A stretch of DNA of 37,691 nucleotides from the NCBI RefSeq assembly GCF_004010195.1, contig NC_057719.1:86769667-86807357 (forward strand). The letters run 5' to 3'. Source of the DNA: Chiloscyllium plagiosum. Its lineage: Eukaryota. The notes under the pieces are model-generated. The model was not told the origin of the DNA. It searched no databases and saw nothing but the letters and a program-made list of their open reading frames with translations. Positions 34,892-37,691 of the stretch are shown here, in pieces. Position numbers and translations under genes: made by a program. Position 1 is the first letter of the stretch. Every line of letters begins with the position of its first letter.

Positions 34892-35959
34892 CTAAGACAC
34901 ATCAGAAGAAACCATTAGTACTGATGAGCATTGTTTTCTCCAAATTTCTCTCTGCAGGCCGCAGATTGTGCACTAAGTTACGCAGCACGTTCCAGATTGC
35001 TGCGAGACTGCACACATCCACATTGCTCAGGAAAAACACGAGTATCCTGCCAGCTCCTCACACCAATCAAACCGTTGCAGGCTGAATAAAATGGCAACTT
35101 CACATGTCAGACACAAAACTGCATGGCAGCAAACACTGACCAAGAGATTTGCTCACAGCGAAGTGACAAAAGAACCTCTCATGGCCCCAAGAGCCCTGAC
35201 TCTGGTCAGGGAGGGCTCTCAATGCCATTCTATCCACATTGTGACTGTATGGTGTGGAATCAGCCTGAAGGTGCCTCAGAGAACAGCCCAGTCACAATCA
35301 CTTAGCAGTGCTCAACACGATCAATGAAGAATTTGTTCAAGGAACCAATCCCACTACTGGCTTTAAACCACACGAGGCAGAGGGGAACATTCTAAAAAGG
35401 AGAAAGGGGAATTTTCATAGATGGCCCTTCAGCCCATCAAGTTTATTATGACAAAATTACATTAGTTCCACTTTCCTGCACTTGGTCCATGCCTTTTTGA
35501 TCCTCTTTCTCCTAACACAAGATTTGGCAGGGAAATAATTATGGTTCACTGACCACAAGAAAAGGTGGATTAGGGTTTCCTCCTAGTGGCTTCATTGGGC
35601 AAAGATACCAGCCAATGAAAAACTAAACTCTGCATCATCCAAAGTGGCCTGTTAATAATCTAATTGTACTCAAATGGACAGACCTGCTTGTTTATGAAGC
35701 AATACCATTACAGAAGTTAACCAGAGCAAGAGAACAAACACTTTTATGATCAGCTACCCATGTGTACTCCATTAGTCAGAATCATGCTAATCAACAACTA
35801 ACTTGCAGAGAGGCCAATCCAGTTAATACAGAAGACAGCCTGCTCCCATAGACAGAGACCTGTGCCTGGGCTCCTCCTACAGACGCTGACCTGTGCATGG
35901 GGACTCCCAACAATCATTGGTGAGGTCTGAAGAGGTTCCAGAGAAAGGTATGGGTCACA

Positions 35960-37691
35960 TCGCAATTTGATGTGCAAGTGCAGATAAGTTAATTGTTGTT
36001 TTAAGTCTGTCCAAGAGAAAGGTTGCAGTAATGAGTATAGTGGATTCTTTCTTGATTATGTGTTTTTGGAGATAAGTCTCTTGATTAAACTTAAAATATA
36101 AGCCATAGCTATTAATTTAACCTGGGGTTGTGTTTGCAGAGGAATAAGACGGTGTTATTTTCTGGGTCTGTAGATTGTGAAGGAGCAAATATGGCCTTTG
36201 CAGTGATATGTACTTCTTGTCAGATGTGGGAATTTAAAGAGAGTTTAAGGGTTACTGCGGATTATATCTGCCATAAATGCTGTTGGATGCGAATCTTATC
36301 AGATCGAGTGGATCTCTTGGAGAGACAGATAGAAGTGATGAAGAATTTACAACAGCAACAGTATGTGATGGATGGCAGTTATAGGAAGGGGGGAAAGTCT
36401 CAGATACAGTCACATAGATGGGTTAACTCCAGGAAGGGAGAGAGAGGTTGGCACCTAGGACAGAAGTCTTTTGTGGATATACCCATTTCAAACAGGTATG
36501 CTGTTTTGGAAAATGTAAGGGGTGATGGATTCTCAGGGGAACGTAGCACAAACAGCCAAGTTTCTGGTATTGAGACTGGCTCTAATGCAACGAGGGGTAC
36601 GTCGGCTTCCAAGAGATCAATTGTGTAAGGGGATTCTGTAGTCAGAGGTACAGACAGACGTTTCTGTGGCCAGCAGAGAAAAAGCAGGATGGTGTGTTGT
36701 TTCCCTGGTGCCAGGATCAAGGATGTCTCAGAGGGTGCAGAATGTTCTCACGGGGGATGAGAGGCCAGCAAGAGGTCGTTGTCCACATTGGAACCAATAG
36801 CATAGGAAGGGAAAAGGTTGAGATTCTGAAGGGAGATTAGAGAGTTAGGCAGGAATTTAAAAAGGAGGTCCTCAAGGGTAGTACATAGAACATAGAACAG
36901 TACAACACAGAACAGGCCCTTCAGCCCACAATGTTGTGCCGACCATTGTAATGTACGAACCCTCAAATTTCTGTGACCATATGCATGTCCAGCAGTCTCT
37001 TAAATATCCCCAATGACCTTGCTTCCACAAATGCTGCTGGCAACGCATTCCATAGTCTCTCAACTCTCTGCGTAAAGAACACGCCTCTGACATCCCCTCT
37101 ATACTTTCTGACAAACAGCATAAAACTATGACCCCTCATGTTAACAATTTCTGCCTTGGGAAAAGGTCTCTGGCTATCAACTCTATCTATGCCTCTCATT
37201 ATCTTGTACACCTCAATTAGGTCCCCTCTCTTCCTTTTTTTTCCAATGAAAAAAGACCGAGCTCAGTCAACCTCTCTTCGTAAGATAAGCCCTCCATTCC
37301 AGGCAGCATCCTGGTAAACCTCCTCTGATCCCTCTCTGAAGCATCCACATATTTCCTGGTAGTAATATCTGGATTATTCCCAGTGCTATGAGCTAGTGAG
37401 GGCAGGAATAGGAGGATGGAGCAGATGAATGCATGGCTGAGGAGCTGGTGTATGGGAGAAGGATTCACATTTTTGGATCATTGGAATCTCTTTTGGGGTA
37501 GAAGTGACCTGTACAAGAAGGACAGATTGCACCTAAATTGGAAGGGGACTAATATACTGGCAGGGAAATTTGCTAGACTGCTTGGGAGGATTTAAACCTA
37601 GTAAGGTGGGGGGTGGGACCTAGGGAGATAGTGAGGAAAGAGATCGATCTGAGACGAGTACAGCTGAGAACAGAAGCGAGTCAAACAGTCA
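35960..37691 (+). mobile_element. 5' part of a second CR1 subfamily (ORF1 zinc finger + esterase), interrupted and running off the window
   Basis: MAFAVICTSCQMWE...YICHKC (ATG 36191); premature TAA 36626-36628, then GDSVVRGTDRRFCG...VCCFPGARIKDV; resumes at 37358 with VVISGLFP...DLYKKDRLHLNWKGTNILAG. The 5' boundary is approximate. Confidence 0.9.
36884..37357 (-). mobile_element. CR1 3' fragment nested in CR1 ORF1 with 7-bp TSD
   Basis: (CATAGAA)n tail at 36884; RRFTRMLPGMEGLSYEERL; GGTAGTA at 36877-36883 and 37358-37364. Confidence 0.92.

Overview
Vertebrate genomic DNA, almost certainly a cartilaginous fish (inferred from HE1/V-SINE, Deu-domain SINE, shark-type CR1 LINEs and Penelope-type repeats). 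Two host genes converge tail-to-tail: a complete 3-coding-exon EEF1AKMT3/METTL21B-like lysine methyltransferase (+, 6368-14174, 226 aa) and the last two exons of RPUSD2 pseudouridine synthase (-, 34891-34595 and 25036-24308; exon 1 is not in the window). Most of the rest is nested repeats. The most unusual structure is in the last RPUSD2 intron: an LTR element (two ~430-bp LTRs, tRNA-Arg(ACG) primer-binding site, polypurine tract, 4-bp TGGG target duplication hidden by a 29-bp micro-inversion) with no recognisable gag/pol. It instead carries an intronless, in-frame internally deleted RBPMS2-like cDNA behind a splice acceptor at the env-equivalent position, and was later interrupted by a near full-length CR1. 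Several fold-back Penelope-type repeats contain minimal hammerhead ribozyme cores. All family assignments come from manual reading and recalled sequences, not database searches.
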